Part shown: positions 36,101 to 50,200 of the stretch, piece by piece
How the letters are laid out: the number at the start of each line of letters is the position of its first letter
How positions within the stretch are numbered: position 1 is the stretch's first letter
Origin: Trichoplax adhaerens
Lineage: Eukaryota > Animalia > Placozoa
Direction of reading: 5' to 3'
Assembly: GCF_000150275.1 (NCBI RefSeq)
Contig: NW_002060945.1
Location: 5,319,397-5,383,396 of the forward strand
DNA length: 64,000 bases
Program-made: the position numbers and the translations under genes
Notes under the pieces: generated by a model
Database searches by the model: none
Told to the model about the DNA's origin: nothing
The model's input: only the letters and a program-made list of their open reading frames with translations

Positions 36101-39100
36101 CGGATTACTAGTATCTATATAATTCTTGAGATACCTGCAGTATCAATATAGATTTACTCTCTACTGAATTTACCTTATATATCGGAAGATTTTATACAGT
36201 ATCGCAACTTTGTAATTGGATAAACAATTATGTATTACATTATACCCGCTAACAAGAATTGATCTCATCTACCTTTATGTAATAATAAAAGGTTTGTTAG
36301 TACATCGGCTAATTTTGAATTACTTATAATCCTGTGTTTGCGTCCTTAAAGATGTATCCCTTTCCTTTTAAGTATAATAGCAATAAAGAATAGAGAATGC
36401 CTAATTCTACGTTGTATTAAGTCAATCAACATTATTTTAGCATCAACTATCTCGGCTTTAACGGTGTATCTACAATTAGCTAAATAATGTAACTAGGTAC
36501 AATAATTATATAATAAATATTGAAATATCATGATTGACTGACTGTAAATTAAAATTAACCTTATCCATTTATTGGGAAGAAATACTTTGGGATTTGGATA
36601 ATGGTATTAAATTACAAAATCAATAACAGATATTATTGAAGAATTTTATAATTGATAACATATTAATGAATCGCCTATAGAACAGATCGTAGTCATCTAA
36701 ATATTTTAAAATGCGGCAAATTATCACTTTTCGGGTTAGCTTATCTTTAAATTGACGTAGATAGGATAATAATTGGATAGATTATCAATCAATGCCACAA
36801 AAGATAATCATCTATCGATAACATCAATGACGTTGATTATTATTCCTGCCACTGATCAACATAACTTCTGCCATTTTATAGACTAGAATGATTATTTCTT
36901 GTGTATCGTCAATTGATAACCTGCTATGCTCTCTATTGATTGTTATGACGCAGAAAGTAAACCATTTTCCTGGAATGAGTGAAATCTGTCGGAAAGATTT
37001 ATTGGTCCGAAATATGAATAGGCTATATAAATTGTTTCCTGAGGAATATAAAATTTATCCTCGATCTTGGTGTTTACCAGCAGAGTGAGTTTGCTATCGC
37101 TAATGTTTTATCGACAACCTGATGAATAAAGTATTACTTCTTTAGCGTATTACATTTGACTTACCATAGCGTTTAAAATTAATCAAGTTGATTACCGATT
37201 ACAGTTACAGCGATTTAATGGCTTACTCTAGAAGTAAAAAGAACAAGACTTACATTATCAAACCGGAAAATAGCTGTCAAGGCAAAGGCATCTATTTGGT
37301 CAAGAATATTAAGGTATGCAAGAAAAAAGAGAAATATTAGGAATCAATCTTTTCTCATCTTGGCAATTTTCTTCACTTTACTCCGTGAAATACTCAATCT
37401 GATTTAATAGACATGATTAAAGCTGCCTTACTTATCCACTATATCTTATATGAAATCAATTTTCTTTTTTATCAGGATATTAAGCCCAATGAACATGCAG
37501 TCTGTCAGCGTTATATCTCAAAGGTAAAATGAAATCTTATAACCCTCAGCTGATCTTTTCTCAAGTTAGAATATCATAAATGAGTAGTTTAATCTTGATA
37601 ATTGGCTAATTCTACATCATATGTAATGCTTTAGCCGGTTTTAGTAGTATTCTTGTAAAGATAAAGGAGTAATATGCTAACCGTTAAAATAGAAATTGGA
37701 GAATTATTTAAATGAATATCAGTTACGAGCACTTAATTATTGCTCTCAACCTTAATATAACTAAAATTAAAAGAAGTTGATCTATGTCTAAGAATATTAT
37801 TTCCTGTTTTTAAATAGCCGATGTTACTAGATAGTTATAAATTTGATCTGCGTGTCTACGTTCTCGTTACGTCTTGTGATCCATTAAGAATATTCGTCTA
37901 TGAAGATGGTTTAGTTCGTCTAGCTACAACTAAATATATTGATCCTACTACCAATAATGTGGTAAGGACTCTTTTAAATTTATTCACCTTACCGGCTTGA
38001 TCAATAGTTCTATTATATTGTTTTTAAAATATGCATTGGCTAAAAATTTCAACTATGTATCGCTCTTGTATCATTTAGGATAATACCTATATGCATTTAA
38101 CTAATTATGCCATCAACAAGAATAGCAAAGATTTCATTCGCGATGAGGAATCCGGTAGTAAAAGGTACATCAATTCATTCTCAATTTTTTAGAAAGTAAA
38201 TAAGAATCTTTACCCACATCCAAATCTACAGAAAAATTAGAATTTGATAGAGTACCTTTTACCCACTCCGTGGTCTATGATTACTGTAAAACTCTTTACT
38301 TTTGAGCAAAAATGATGATAACATTTGAAAATTAACGCATTGACTTGAGCTGGAATTTATAAAAAATAGTCGACGATTCTTTCCTATCCGACAATCAGTA
38401 GTCAAAATTAAGTCTAGTGCATCTTTTATGTAACATCCAAGTGATGACATCCTATTTGTTCGATAGGAAACTGACAACGTTGAATAAATGGTTTAAGAAT
38501 AATGGTTATGACGTGGATAAGATATGGAAGGATATCGAGGTAGAGCCTATACGAAAGCCTTTTTATATTCTTGCTGTTGGGTATTTTTGATCGTTTTTTC
38601 CAAAGCATGACTAATCATCTGCTTTTCATTAAATCTTTCTAAACACTTTAGGATATCATTATCAAAACTTTAATTACTGCTCATCCCATCCTCGTCCATA
38701 ACTACAGAACTTGCTTTCCGAACCATAATAAGGGATGTGCTTGCTTTGAAATATTAGGCTTTGACGTAATCCTGGATAAGAAATTAAAACCATGGCTATT
38801 GGAAGTAAGTTCTATCGTAGCTATAAATGAAGTAGAATTCGATAGTAAGGTTGATTAATGGATGAACTCTCTCTAATTATCAAGGTTAATCATTCTCCCA
38901 GCTTTCATACGGATCATAAGCTGGATAAAGAAGTTAAAGAAGGTCTTTTATACGAAACACTTTGCCTGTTACAATTATCATCATCGGATAAACGAAAGTG
39001 CATTGAAGAAGATAAACGAAAAATCAAGGAACGTTTATTCAAAAAGCAAAGCAGCTTTGGAGCCAAGTAAGTCCTTCTTATTAGCAATTGATTTTTACTC

Positions 39101-41517
39101 TACTTCTACGGTAGTTGTAAGCAAGGTGTTATGAAATACATTTCCTTACTCTGCTATGGATAAGTGTTTAAAAATCTGATAATATAAGATAATTTAAATT
39201 GCTATGGACATAATTAGTTCAGTAAAGTAGCTGCTCACGCTTATGATATAGATGTATAAATAGTAATTATTTAAGTTTGATAAGAGTTCAATAATTATAT
39301 ATTTCTGACACGATATTTCTGATCGAATAGGCGAGAAGAAGCTGCCCAAAATTATGAAAAACAACAGAAAGTTTCTAAAGACTATGAAGATAAAAACTGC
39401 GTAGGATACAGGTAAATCTTGATCGATTAATCTAATTTTCATCCAATTAACAGAATGAAAAGTGCAAAAACAGTTTAATTAATTAATGGCATAGTTCATA
39501 ATCGATCTTAATTCTTTATGTATTTAGGCGAATTTATCCTGAAGGTAATGTGGAAGAATATGAAAAATATTTTGTAGAAAGTGGCTCATTATTTCAAGAA
39601 ACTGCTGCTTCACGATCAAGAAGAGAATTAGCCAAGTAAGTTTGATCCAATCTTTATTCTATATATTGATGTAAAATGAACGAAGATTTTAATTTGCTGA
39701 TATTAGCAGTAAGATTAAAGCTTATTGCCTAAAACAGACTATTCTTACTAAATTATTCCTAGTCTATCTAAATGATGCGATGTAGTTTTCATTATAGCTT
39801 ACTAACACAAGAATGGCAGAGTATTAATAAATTTATTTTTACACTGTCATCACAAAACACTTTAGGGCTCAACGGGAAGAAATCAGACAAAAACAAGCTG
39901 AATTAGAATCTTTCCGAAATAAGGGAAAAGGCCAAAAGATGCAACGATCATCCTCTATTTGCGATAGTAATTTAAGGCCTGAAAGTCCTGGCAATATTGT
40001 CCGTCCAATGAAGATGAAGCAAACTAAGAAACCCCCTGTTCGTCTCGAAAATCGAATTTCCAAATGCTTTAAAACGCCCGAGGTATATTTTAATCTACTC
40101 TACTCTATTTAAGGATCAGTATTTATGATGGTCTCTATTTAATTCCATTTAGGATATCGATAATGAGCCACTTCCTGAACCTGTAGATATAACTAAACCT
40201 ATTGATATCGATGATGTTGAAGAAGCTGCTCGTATAGCTGTCTTGTCGCAACGAGATCATATTGTTCGAACCTCTGGAGTAGTTGAAGTAGTTCGAAGAT
40301 TATTAGCTCATGTAGCTAATTCTAAAATCCATTTCCGCTCGATTGTAAGTTTTTTGAACTATTAGTATCTCAATTCTAGTGCCTAATAGGTTGAGATGGA
40401 TAACGCTAAGGTTTTACCTAATAAAATTGGCTAACAAGTATTCTACTCTGTTTTACGTAGAGGAGAGATTCGCAAGAAGCTCTATTAAGATTCAAAATGC
40501 TGTCTTTTGATCATGATTGCCTGGAATCCATTGGTAAATTAGGAATAGCTGCTCGACCGTCGTCCACTTCTTCATCTACTGCTGGTGTTCGCCCTAATAC
40601 GACAGAAACGGATGATCATGATCGCTATCGAGATTGGAATAAATCCGGTTTAAATTTCGATCATGGGCAGATTTCTCTAATCAATCCTAAACTAGCATCG
40701 AATAAACGATCGAATAAAACCGATTGGAAGCAGTTATCGGTCTTGGTCGAAGTAGAGGAAGAAAGAGATCATTCTAAGCATCGAAAGGAATCGAATTTAG
40801 TAGCAGCACAATACAGACAACAATCGCAACATCCTTCTACATCTCATAATTCATCAAAACAGCAAGCCCAACATCAATCGATGTATAATATTTCCAGCAA
40901 TCATGCAACTCATCTGCCCATTTACATTCCTATAACAGCATCACAGTATGTTAATTCTGCTTCTTTGCTATCAAGAAGATCGTTTAAAGGCAAGCACCAG
41001 AGTAATTTAACTGTAATTTCAAGTCCAGCACCGGTTAGTAAGCGTCCTGGACTCAGCTATATACATCCTCCACAAAGTTTTGATCCACTCCCTAACCCTA
41101 ATATCATTCATCAAGATGATAAGCTTTTAAGTATAAAGTCTTATTCTAAATTGATACCATCGGTTCATCGACCGCCTACTTTAGTTTCAAAGTAAGTAGA
41201 GCTTGTTAATTTTGAGGTATTGTTATAATTAGCGTAATACAGCAGAGATCGATCTTCAATCTTGATAAATTAACCGATTGCCTTTCTATTTATTTCATTT
41301 GTTAGAACAACTAGAACTCAACGAGCACGCGATGCAATTAATACCATGAAATTAAAGGTAACTTGGATAGGAAATAATATAAATTTACCGCATTTATTCA
41401 TGTCTGTGCAGAGTATATTTTTAACAAAATGATAGTTGTTAACTATTTGTCCTATTATTATATTTATAGCAACTGGAATTACAACATAGCCAGCTGGTAA
41501 CCTTAAATACTAATTAA
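33116..41517 (+). CDS. TTLL6: Tubulin polyglutamylase TTLL6/TTLL13 family. Exons 33116-33330, 33590-33630, 33860-33978, 36954-37084, 37205-37313, 37476-37523, 37818-37961, 38079-38164, 38467-38539, 38652-38804, 38885-39066, 39331-39411, 39528-39635, 39866-40082, 40153-40344, 40461-41191, 41306-41357, 41470-41517 (3' exons less certain)
   Basis: [135 protein letters not shown] all match the recalled TTLL6/13 core. Confidence 0.95.
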
Positions 41518-43720
41518 AAACGTCATTAGAGCTGTGATCATGTGCGCAATTAAAGTATATCCAGAGCGCTCGCTCAAATTTCAAGTTGTCGATCATTTCC
41601 ATAATGGACTAACAGTGCAGTTAGCAAGCTGTATAATATCATATCTACCAGCATTCGCTAATTTAATCGCCAATGATAAAATCAAGAGATGAAAATCGCA
41701 CCAAATTAATTTTACTAATCCATTCATCGGTTGTAAAGATGATGTAGAAAATGATTTTAAAATGTTTATGTTTATACTATATTGTATGAAATTGTATTTT
41801 TCAATCAAGATATTTGATATCTAGTGCACCAATAAGTATTCTATAATCCAATATATTAGCTATGAACTTGCTATCAAAGTGAGTGATAGATTTAGTTAAA
41901 TGAGTAATAATAGCGATGATATCGATCACTGATACTGAAATAGAGTCATTATTTCCAATTATGAGCTATCGTTATCAAGATCCCTGGAAGCTGTAAGGAT
42001 TGAAGATAAATTATCTGGAATATCCCCTGCATTCATGAACCAGATTACCATAAATTGACTAAAAGTATTATTAATTAATATCACGATGGAAATGTAAATA
42101 ATATTGGATAGGTTACTCGTCTCATTATTTTTTATAATCATAACTGTATACAAAATTTTTCTTTATCAGCTATAATCCAACTTACTCCACCACGATCCTA
42201 TATTGAGCATGATATTGTATGTTAAACGACTTTAATAGCCATTGATGGCTATCTTCGAATAATAATTATCATATATGCTATTTGACTTTGATGGTATCAA
42301 TTTCTCTGTCATGGTACTGTCAAATTTATAAACTGTATTTAATACATCTATACATAATGTGATGTATAATGAAAATATGATTCGATTTTTGTAGCAATAA
42401 TCATCGTAATTTGATATATTTATACGCACATATTGGTAATATACCATGATATATTCAAGTTTATATTGTTATAATCCACTGCAAACAGTGGCGAAAAATA
42501 TGATATGGTAAATCTTGAAAATAAAATAATCGATTTTCTAAATTTTATTACTGTCCTCATGACATGATGTAGATTAGCTTACGCATGATTTAACTCTCAT
42601 CGACTACTTTGCTATCGCAAAATATGATTTTGACCTGCATATTTATCGATTTTAAGTTGCCCTCGATTGTACATGCTATTTCAACGACATCCTTTTACGA
42701 TTGATAGGTTAATCGACATAGTATTTCATAATTATCACATGTATCCATTATGGGCTACCGCATCTTATCTAGTTTCTGAGTTTATCTCGTCGTGTAGAAC
42801 TTAACTTTCAATATCTATCAACTAGCAAAATTGTCAAGTTGGTTTTATTAATTATATCTTTTTTGAGTTTAGTAGATCAATCGTTTTAATGTTTACTTTT
42901 ATAATTATCGTATACACCCCTTATAGTCCACCGTATCATGTCTAGTTTCTGTATCCGTATCATCGTGCAGAACTTAACTTATCTTGGTGTGGTGTTGAAT
43001 ACTGATACTATTAACAAAATTGTTCAAGACCGCATGGAATATTGTATCCATTAGTGTTAGTACGAACTCCTAATACTCGTAAACTACTTTAATAAGCAGT
43101 TTTTTTAATTAACTTGAACGAAATCTATCCTATCTGTTTTTTCTTCGATTCTTATCTTCATGTAGTTTATTTCCAATATTAATCAATTGGTACAACTTCT
43201 CTAACTTACATCTTCCTAATTAATTCTTGTCATAAATCAAGAATTAAAAATTTCGAGATATCTTCATATATTTGAAGTAGCCGAGCATCGTAAAATTAAA
43301 TATATCCCGAAGTATCTATATCGTTAACAAAGTATAAAAATCCGGACCAATGATTTGATTGACAACATCAAGTAGCAATTGCATACTTTATTTCTGCATA
43401 AGGAGTTACAAATTCCTAGAAGCTAGCTAACTTATCACTCCTCACTTGTCATTACTTATTATGCCTATTCCTTTGTCATTGTAATTATATTTCATAAGCA
43501 ATCTTCACCTACGCAGTAATTAAGATCTGACAAGGGTATAATCCACCGCTCCGAAGTGAGAATACAGGTTGGATTGGTAACTCGACAAAAAAGTGACAAT
43601 ATACAGTATAACACTACACAGGAACGGATAAACAATATTTGCTGTATCATAATCATTTAAATTTGGAAAAGCCAACGATAATGTTGATTGAATTATTGTT
43701 TACATGTTATTCGCATATTC

Positions 43721-43789
43721 TTATCTTGCTTATGCCATATTTTATCTTATTTTACATCGCCTTATCTTGTTTACGCAAAGTCTTATCTT
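43721..43789. repeat. Four TTATCTT (AAGATAA on -) units spaced 21/20/21 bp
   Basis: Starts at 43721, 43742, 43762 and 43783. Confidence 0.7.
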
Positions 43790-44215
43790 AATTATGGTGT
43801 ACAGTTTGATCAACACTAATTCGGCTTTTATCCCTTTAGCATTAAAGCAAGAAGAGATAGAAATCGGTCAATTCATTTAGCAGGTTCATTAAAGCTGAAT
43901 TGATGCCAAATGTTTTCCTTTATTGAATATAAATACTCTCTAAAAATAATATATAGCTTAAATAAAAGCGGCCAGTAGCCTATTATTGCAGTGTAAAATC
44001 TTACAGACATGCTGCTATGCGTATTAGATATAAAAGATTTACTTTAAACCATGCTTTCTCTATTTTGTTAATCAATCTGTCTCTATATCGTAGCTATCAT
44101 TTATTAACCTGTATAAAACTGTATATATATTTCTATATACTATATAGAACATCCATCCTTTGCTCATCTTAAAAATTGCATAGCAGTGATATAATACAAA
44201 TTGATAGAATTAATA

Positions 44216-47200
44216 CTACGTAGGTCTTTCCAGCGTTTCTAGGCAAGATTGCATATAGTCATCAATATTTTGCGTATTATGAACAGCTTCTTGAATCATA
44301 TCCTTGATAATGTAAGGCCAAAAGCGTTGGACTATGCTTAACTTTCGATTAATTTTACTTGCGCCTTCGGTATACTTGTGAACTATCGATTTTAACGCTG
44401 AACGAATATGTTGATATTCCTACCATTTGATTATCGTAATTAAGAATAAATCATCTCTTAAATTATACTCTAACTGACTGTAATGAAGGTAATCTATTCT
44501 ACTTACCTCTGTTTGTACTCGATAAGTGCTTGGTTCTTGATATTTTAATAATGATATTGTTGCGGATTTTGATAAGTCCTAAGAGAAGTAGAGAATGTAC
44601 CATTGACCGTGTATATTCTAGAAAGTAAACTTTTTTCAATTTTTTTTATATTACGAGTACAACGTGGATAAATTATAATTAAAAATATAATTAGCAACAT
44701 GTAATATACTGACCTCTACCGATTTTGGGTGGGAATAAATATAACAAGATGTTGTGGCTTGCATTAAATTATTAAATAACATTTCACAAGTATTGATATC
44801 TTCGCTTGTAATCTAATAGGAAAATACAGAAAATTGGGGAAAATAGTCTTCGTTAACTCCACTACTATGGCAATATTATTGAGTATTAACGGTGGAGAGA
44901 TAGATGATTAACTGGGCCTACGAGAGCTAATTTTCAAGAGTAATACCTCCTTATGATTAATTGATTGCAACTGCAAATTCGATAGTCGAAATAAGGCATA
45001 GTATTTCCATAATTGTAAATGTACTAAACTATTGCCTTCAGGTTCAATAATAAGGTGATCGAGGCTATCCAAGGTAGAAAGTGTATTCAACTGAGAAAGA
45101 TGGCGTAAATTATTATTTGAAAATCGTAATTCCTGAAAGGCAACGGAAGATAAGATTGAAAATTTTCCCTCATAAGAGTTGATTTTAAGTTGATAAGAAT
45201 GACAAAATATTTATAAGTGTTGCTTTATTTGCTATAGAGCAGATGGATATAATATTATAGAGAAATTAAGCAATAGACTATAAAATCAAGGGTTGGCTTA
45301 CTCTTAAGTCCCGAAAGCGATTTTTTAATTTAACCAAGTAAGGAATAATATCGTCAAAAGAAATATATTTAAAGGAGATTGTGTGAACAGTAGATGGCAA
45401 TTGTAATCGTTCCACGCCTTCCAAGGCACCAGTCCCAAATAAGTGCAGACTATTTTCTTCGATGTCGATTAAATAGCTGTCGGCCATACGGCCACTCGTA
45501 TCCAGTGATTTTCGACATTGGCTAAATGATACAAATATTATACGCATGTATCAAGATTTCATTTTTAAATCTATCAATTTTTAATGTAGAATCTGTCACA
45601 AGTTTTTAGCTAATTGATATACGATTGCTAGTATTAGCCCACAATGGTTTATTTTGGCAAAGCTAATGGCTCGTAAGATCCTTAACAAGGAGCTTATTGC
45701 TAACTTTTGGCTGGATTTATATATGGTTAATAGCATTAAAGTAGAACAGATTCAGTTCAATCAAAATTTCTTAACCTTACCTCGTATTGCAAATATCCGA
45801 GTTGTAACCTTCTGATTCGCCATCATAGCCATCATGAACTGAATGATTGCTATATGTTAAAGGAAAGGATTGCTTATTTATCAGATTATGTTGAAAATTT
45901 GGCATGCTGAATTTAGGAATTTACCTATTTCCAAATTCTAATCGCATTTTCATTTCCCATTCTTTTTGAGCATTGATAATAGCTAGACGTTTTTTCTCCT
46001 GATTTATAAATACATGAAAGATGAGAATAAACATCAGATCATTCTTATAATTTCTGTGCGGCCATTATCATATCTTGAATCATTTCTTCTTACTTTCATA
46101 ATGGCTGCTTTATGGCGTTCTTGTTGTTTTTCTTCTGCTTTACGAGCCATAATTGCGGAGGTTCTTCTCTCTTCCATCTATATTATGTGAGAAAAGGTCT
46201 TGCATTCATATTGTCATTATATTTTTTCGCTCGAATTTTATTTTCTCTCATCAATCAAGTGCTAAAGATGTTTGGTTTTAATTTTTAGCCTATCTATGAA
46301 TACTGATGCTTTATTGTGATAAATTTTTGTTGGAGAAGTAAAGTTTGCCATTTCTTATGATAAAATGAATCACTATCATGGATTAGCTTACTGAAATTTT
46401 TTTCCCATCAAGGATTTTCAAATTTTGTAAGTAAATTAAGAAACCCGATCGATATTTTGAAGACTGGATCATGGGATTATCCTCTAACGTCAATTCTATC
46501 AAGGCACCGCATTTTAAGACAGAACTTGCATGGGAAAAGCTGGAAGAATTGCAATTAAAGGTTAAAGTATAGTAGATTTTAAGCAATGTTTGATTTTCAA
46601 TTTTTGTTTTCATTACTTTTAATAAAATAAAACTTATTTTGTGAAATAGATAAAATCATCAATAGTACTTAACCTCACTTTATTCAGACATTGTCTCTAT
46701 CTCACCTTGCAATTTTATTATGATCTAAAAACAGACGTTGTAGCTTTGGAAGCAGATTAACTTCATCCTGTTAAGAAGTTAGATTAAAATGAGAATCTTG
46801 AAGTGAAAAAGATAACTAAGAGAATATGATTTAGTTGAGATAGCTTGTTTATCACTTTGTTACTTGATTGATTGCAACAGTAAATTAACGACATTATTCA
46901 TAACGTATATTAACTAATTGCCAAGATTCCATCTCCTTTAATTTATTTTATGCTACTCTATTATTTAATAAATTATTCTAGATTGTAAAAGTAAACTATA
47001 AACATCCTTCTTATAGCACAGTATATTAACGAACTTCCAGTATTTTTAATTCTTTCAATCAATTTTCTGCTACTCTACTATTTTAATAGTATAGTATAAA
47101 TGTTATTCGCAAACCTATTTAGTAAATTATCATACTTATTTAGGATTCATCAACACTATTTCAATGCTAAAATCACGTTAAATTACCACTTTTGTAATTT

Positions 47201-50200
47201 GATTTTTTCTTAAATTCAGCTCTTGCAAGGAGCAAAGTCCTCCAATATTACTGACATAACTAATTTGGTTGCCAGCCAAATTCAATACTCTCAATTCCGT
47301 TAAATGATTCAGATTTTCAATCCGGCTAATCTGATTGCAATGCAGATCTAGGACATCTAATTTGGACAGTTGATCTAGATTTCGAATTTGCTTTATCCTA
47401 TATTAAAACCAATCTAAGATGAGTTCCTTAACGAAAGAAAAGATATGAACTTTTCAATAACTTTACCCCTATGTCATTGGCTATTTACCTATTCTTGCCC
47501 AACATTAAGACTCTTAAAAATCTGACCGATTCCAAGTTGGCAATTTCGTCCAAATCATTATCGTATAAATCAATAAATATTAACCTTTTCAACATGGATA
47601 AATTATCGATCTTTTGTATGGAATTATGCTGTAAATTAAGTAATTTTAAATTAATATGATCTTCTATTAAGGCCGGTATGGATTTTAACCCACGCCTAAT
47701 GGAAATAAGATCAATATAGCATACATATATGAGTTTACAGCATATTAATTAGGACATTTTACAAAAGTAATAAACAGTTTGATGTCAGATTTATCTTACC
47801 TATCGAGATTTAATCTATCTACTGTAATATCTTGAGCTGTAATAATTGGTTGATTTTCATCAGCAACATTTTCAGTAACTGGTTGGCAGAACGAAGCAGC
47901 TACTATCATGTATGAAGAAGAATAAAGTTTATTAGTACGCCTAGTAAGCATCAAAACATTCTAAGTTTCCATTCTATCGCGAAACATAAGTTTAGTAACT
48001 AGTACTATGGATATTGGTTTCATTTAGATATAAAGGGATGATGGTAATCTACGGAAGCATACTGACAAAGTCTGAATACTTATTCTATTCTACAACTGAG
48101 CTTAAATGTAGACCGAGAAAGGGTTCGATAGAGTACTTGATTTAAATAGTGATGCAATGTGTTTTGTAGGAATAATTCAGATCAGCATATTGGGTAATTC
48201 TTAGTTAAATTAGAAATGCAGATAGATTTATTGCTGTATTATATTGAGATTATATCAACTATCAACTGCTTCTAACCTGCTTTATCTGATCTTAGCTGCA
48301 GCTGCTTGGTTAAATTACGTATAGTTAACAATCCATCGCCTTGAGTTGAGATCTTTGATAGATGTTGCCTCTTTTCTATACCAGGCTGTTCTTGTGATGG
48401 GGGTAATATAACGCAAGCATGACTCTGACTATAGCCAAATCGGGTTGTACTAATGCCTAAATTAGTATGATCTGGTAATTTTTGCCCTAAACATTTCAAG
48501 GAATATATAATTTATAGCCAATTCAATTCACATTTTCAGCGTAAAACTTTCATAAAGTGCCGTAATAAATGAGATTCAGCAATGATATACCGTTAAGTTT
48601 ACTTCTGATAGGAATAATAGATTCTGAAATTACGGCGTTTCCATTTTGGCTATGGTAGGTCTAAGTTAAAAGAGAAAGCATTAAAAATGATTTAGTGTGT
48701 TTTTCGTTTTAAAACGAGCAATTTATCTTTGATATTGCTATGATTTAGGGAATAATCTCATCTTGAGTTGGTTGTAATTATTCCCACTAATTAATAGAAA
48801 CTATCAGGCATCACTTAAAATTATTCATTACCTATTTCAATATAGACAAAATCGCTTAGTAAAGTTACGTTATTATTTAATTTACTTTATTTATTTCTAC
48901 GAGTTGGATAGTAATTGTTTCTATCAATTTACTATATTTTAGGCTATCTGAAAATCCGATATCGAAAAAATGGCTAGGATTCCTTTATGGAATCCTTTAA
49001 TTAAAACTGTGACTATATTTCCTTCCTGTTCTCATTTTTTTCAAAGTAAAACCCGTAAAACTGTTGATCATTAATTTAGCTCATTCATTTCTGCTGATTT
49101 AGTTATAATTAATCATTTCCAACAGTTGATATAGGACTAGCTAGAAGAGTCTAATGTAGAAAGTGTGGACAGTATTTTCTCATGTTCTCACTTTATAAAA
49201 GTTAAACTTTCCGTAAAGCTACTTCAATATTAATTTAGCTCAATTGTTAAATGGAATGTAGTCATTTCTAACTATTACGGTAAGCTATCTAGAAGCCTGA
49301 TATGAAAAAAATAGAAACCATTTCTTTATACATCTATATTATCAGAAACAAAGCCCCTTAAAAAAGCTACTTGATTAATTATTAATTTAGGTCATTTGCT
49401 CTGCTTATGAATTCTGATGATATAAGAAATTTGACCATAAAAGTCTTAAGATAACCATTTGTTAACTAGAAATAGATCTCCTAACTGTTTCTAACACTGA
49501 CTGAGTTATTAGAAGAGCTGAATCATAAGCGATTATGTAGAAAATTTACGTGAGATGATAGATTGCCATATTAAATTCGTTTCATAAGTCTTCTGAAGAT
49601 GAGATGCCTTTTATTACCTCTATCAGCAACTTATGGCTGTCTAGAAATTATAATCTAAAGATGACTATCATTTCATTTCGTTCAGTTGTCTTCGCTTAGA
49701 ACCAATCATATGGTATAGAAATGGATTGCACGATTTCTATTTACATTTTATCGTAAATATGTAATTAAATTTTATGTATGGTTGATAAATCGTTATTTGT
49801 CTTTCAATAACTAACAACGACTGGTTATTGCTCTAATTCAAGGTTATTCTACATGATTCCTATCTGCTAAGTGCTATAGCTAATTGAAAGATTTAAACAT
49901 AGGAAGAGGTTTAAGAATGTTATAAAGTTATAGAAACTAGCTTTTTAAAATAATGACAAAAAATAGAGGCATGACAGTTCTAGCAGCAGTTATAGAAGTA
50001 TAAAGTAGTTTTTTGAACTTGGCTATATCAATCCACAAAAAATTTTGTTGGAGTACTAGCTGTGTTATTAGTTTATAAGGATATGAAATTGGGAGAACTG
50101 CTAATAAACTAATTTAATCGATCATTACTCGTGAGAATTGTAATGATTTTGGCTTCTCGGAAACTAGTTAATACTTGTATTAAAGGCCATAGTGCTAATT

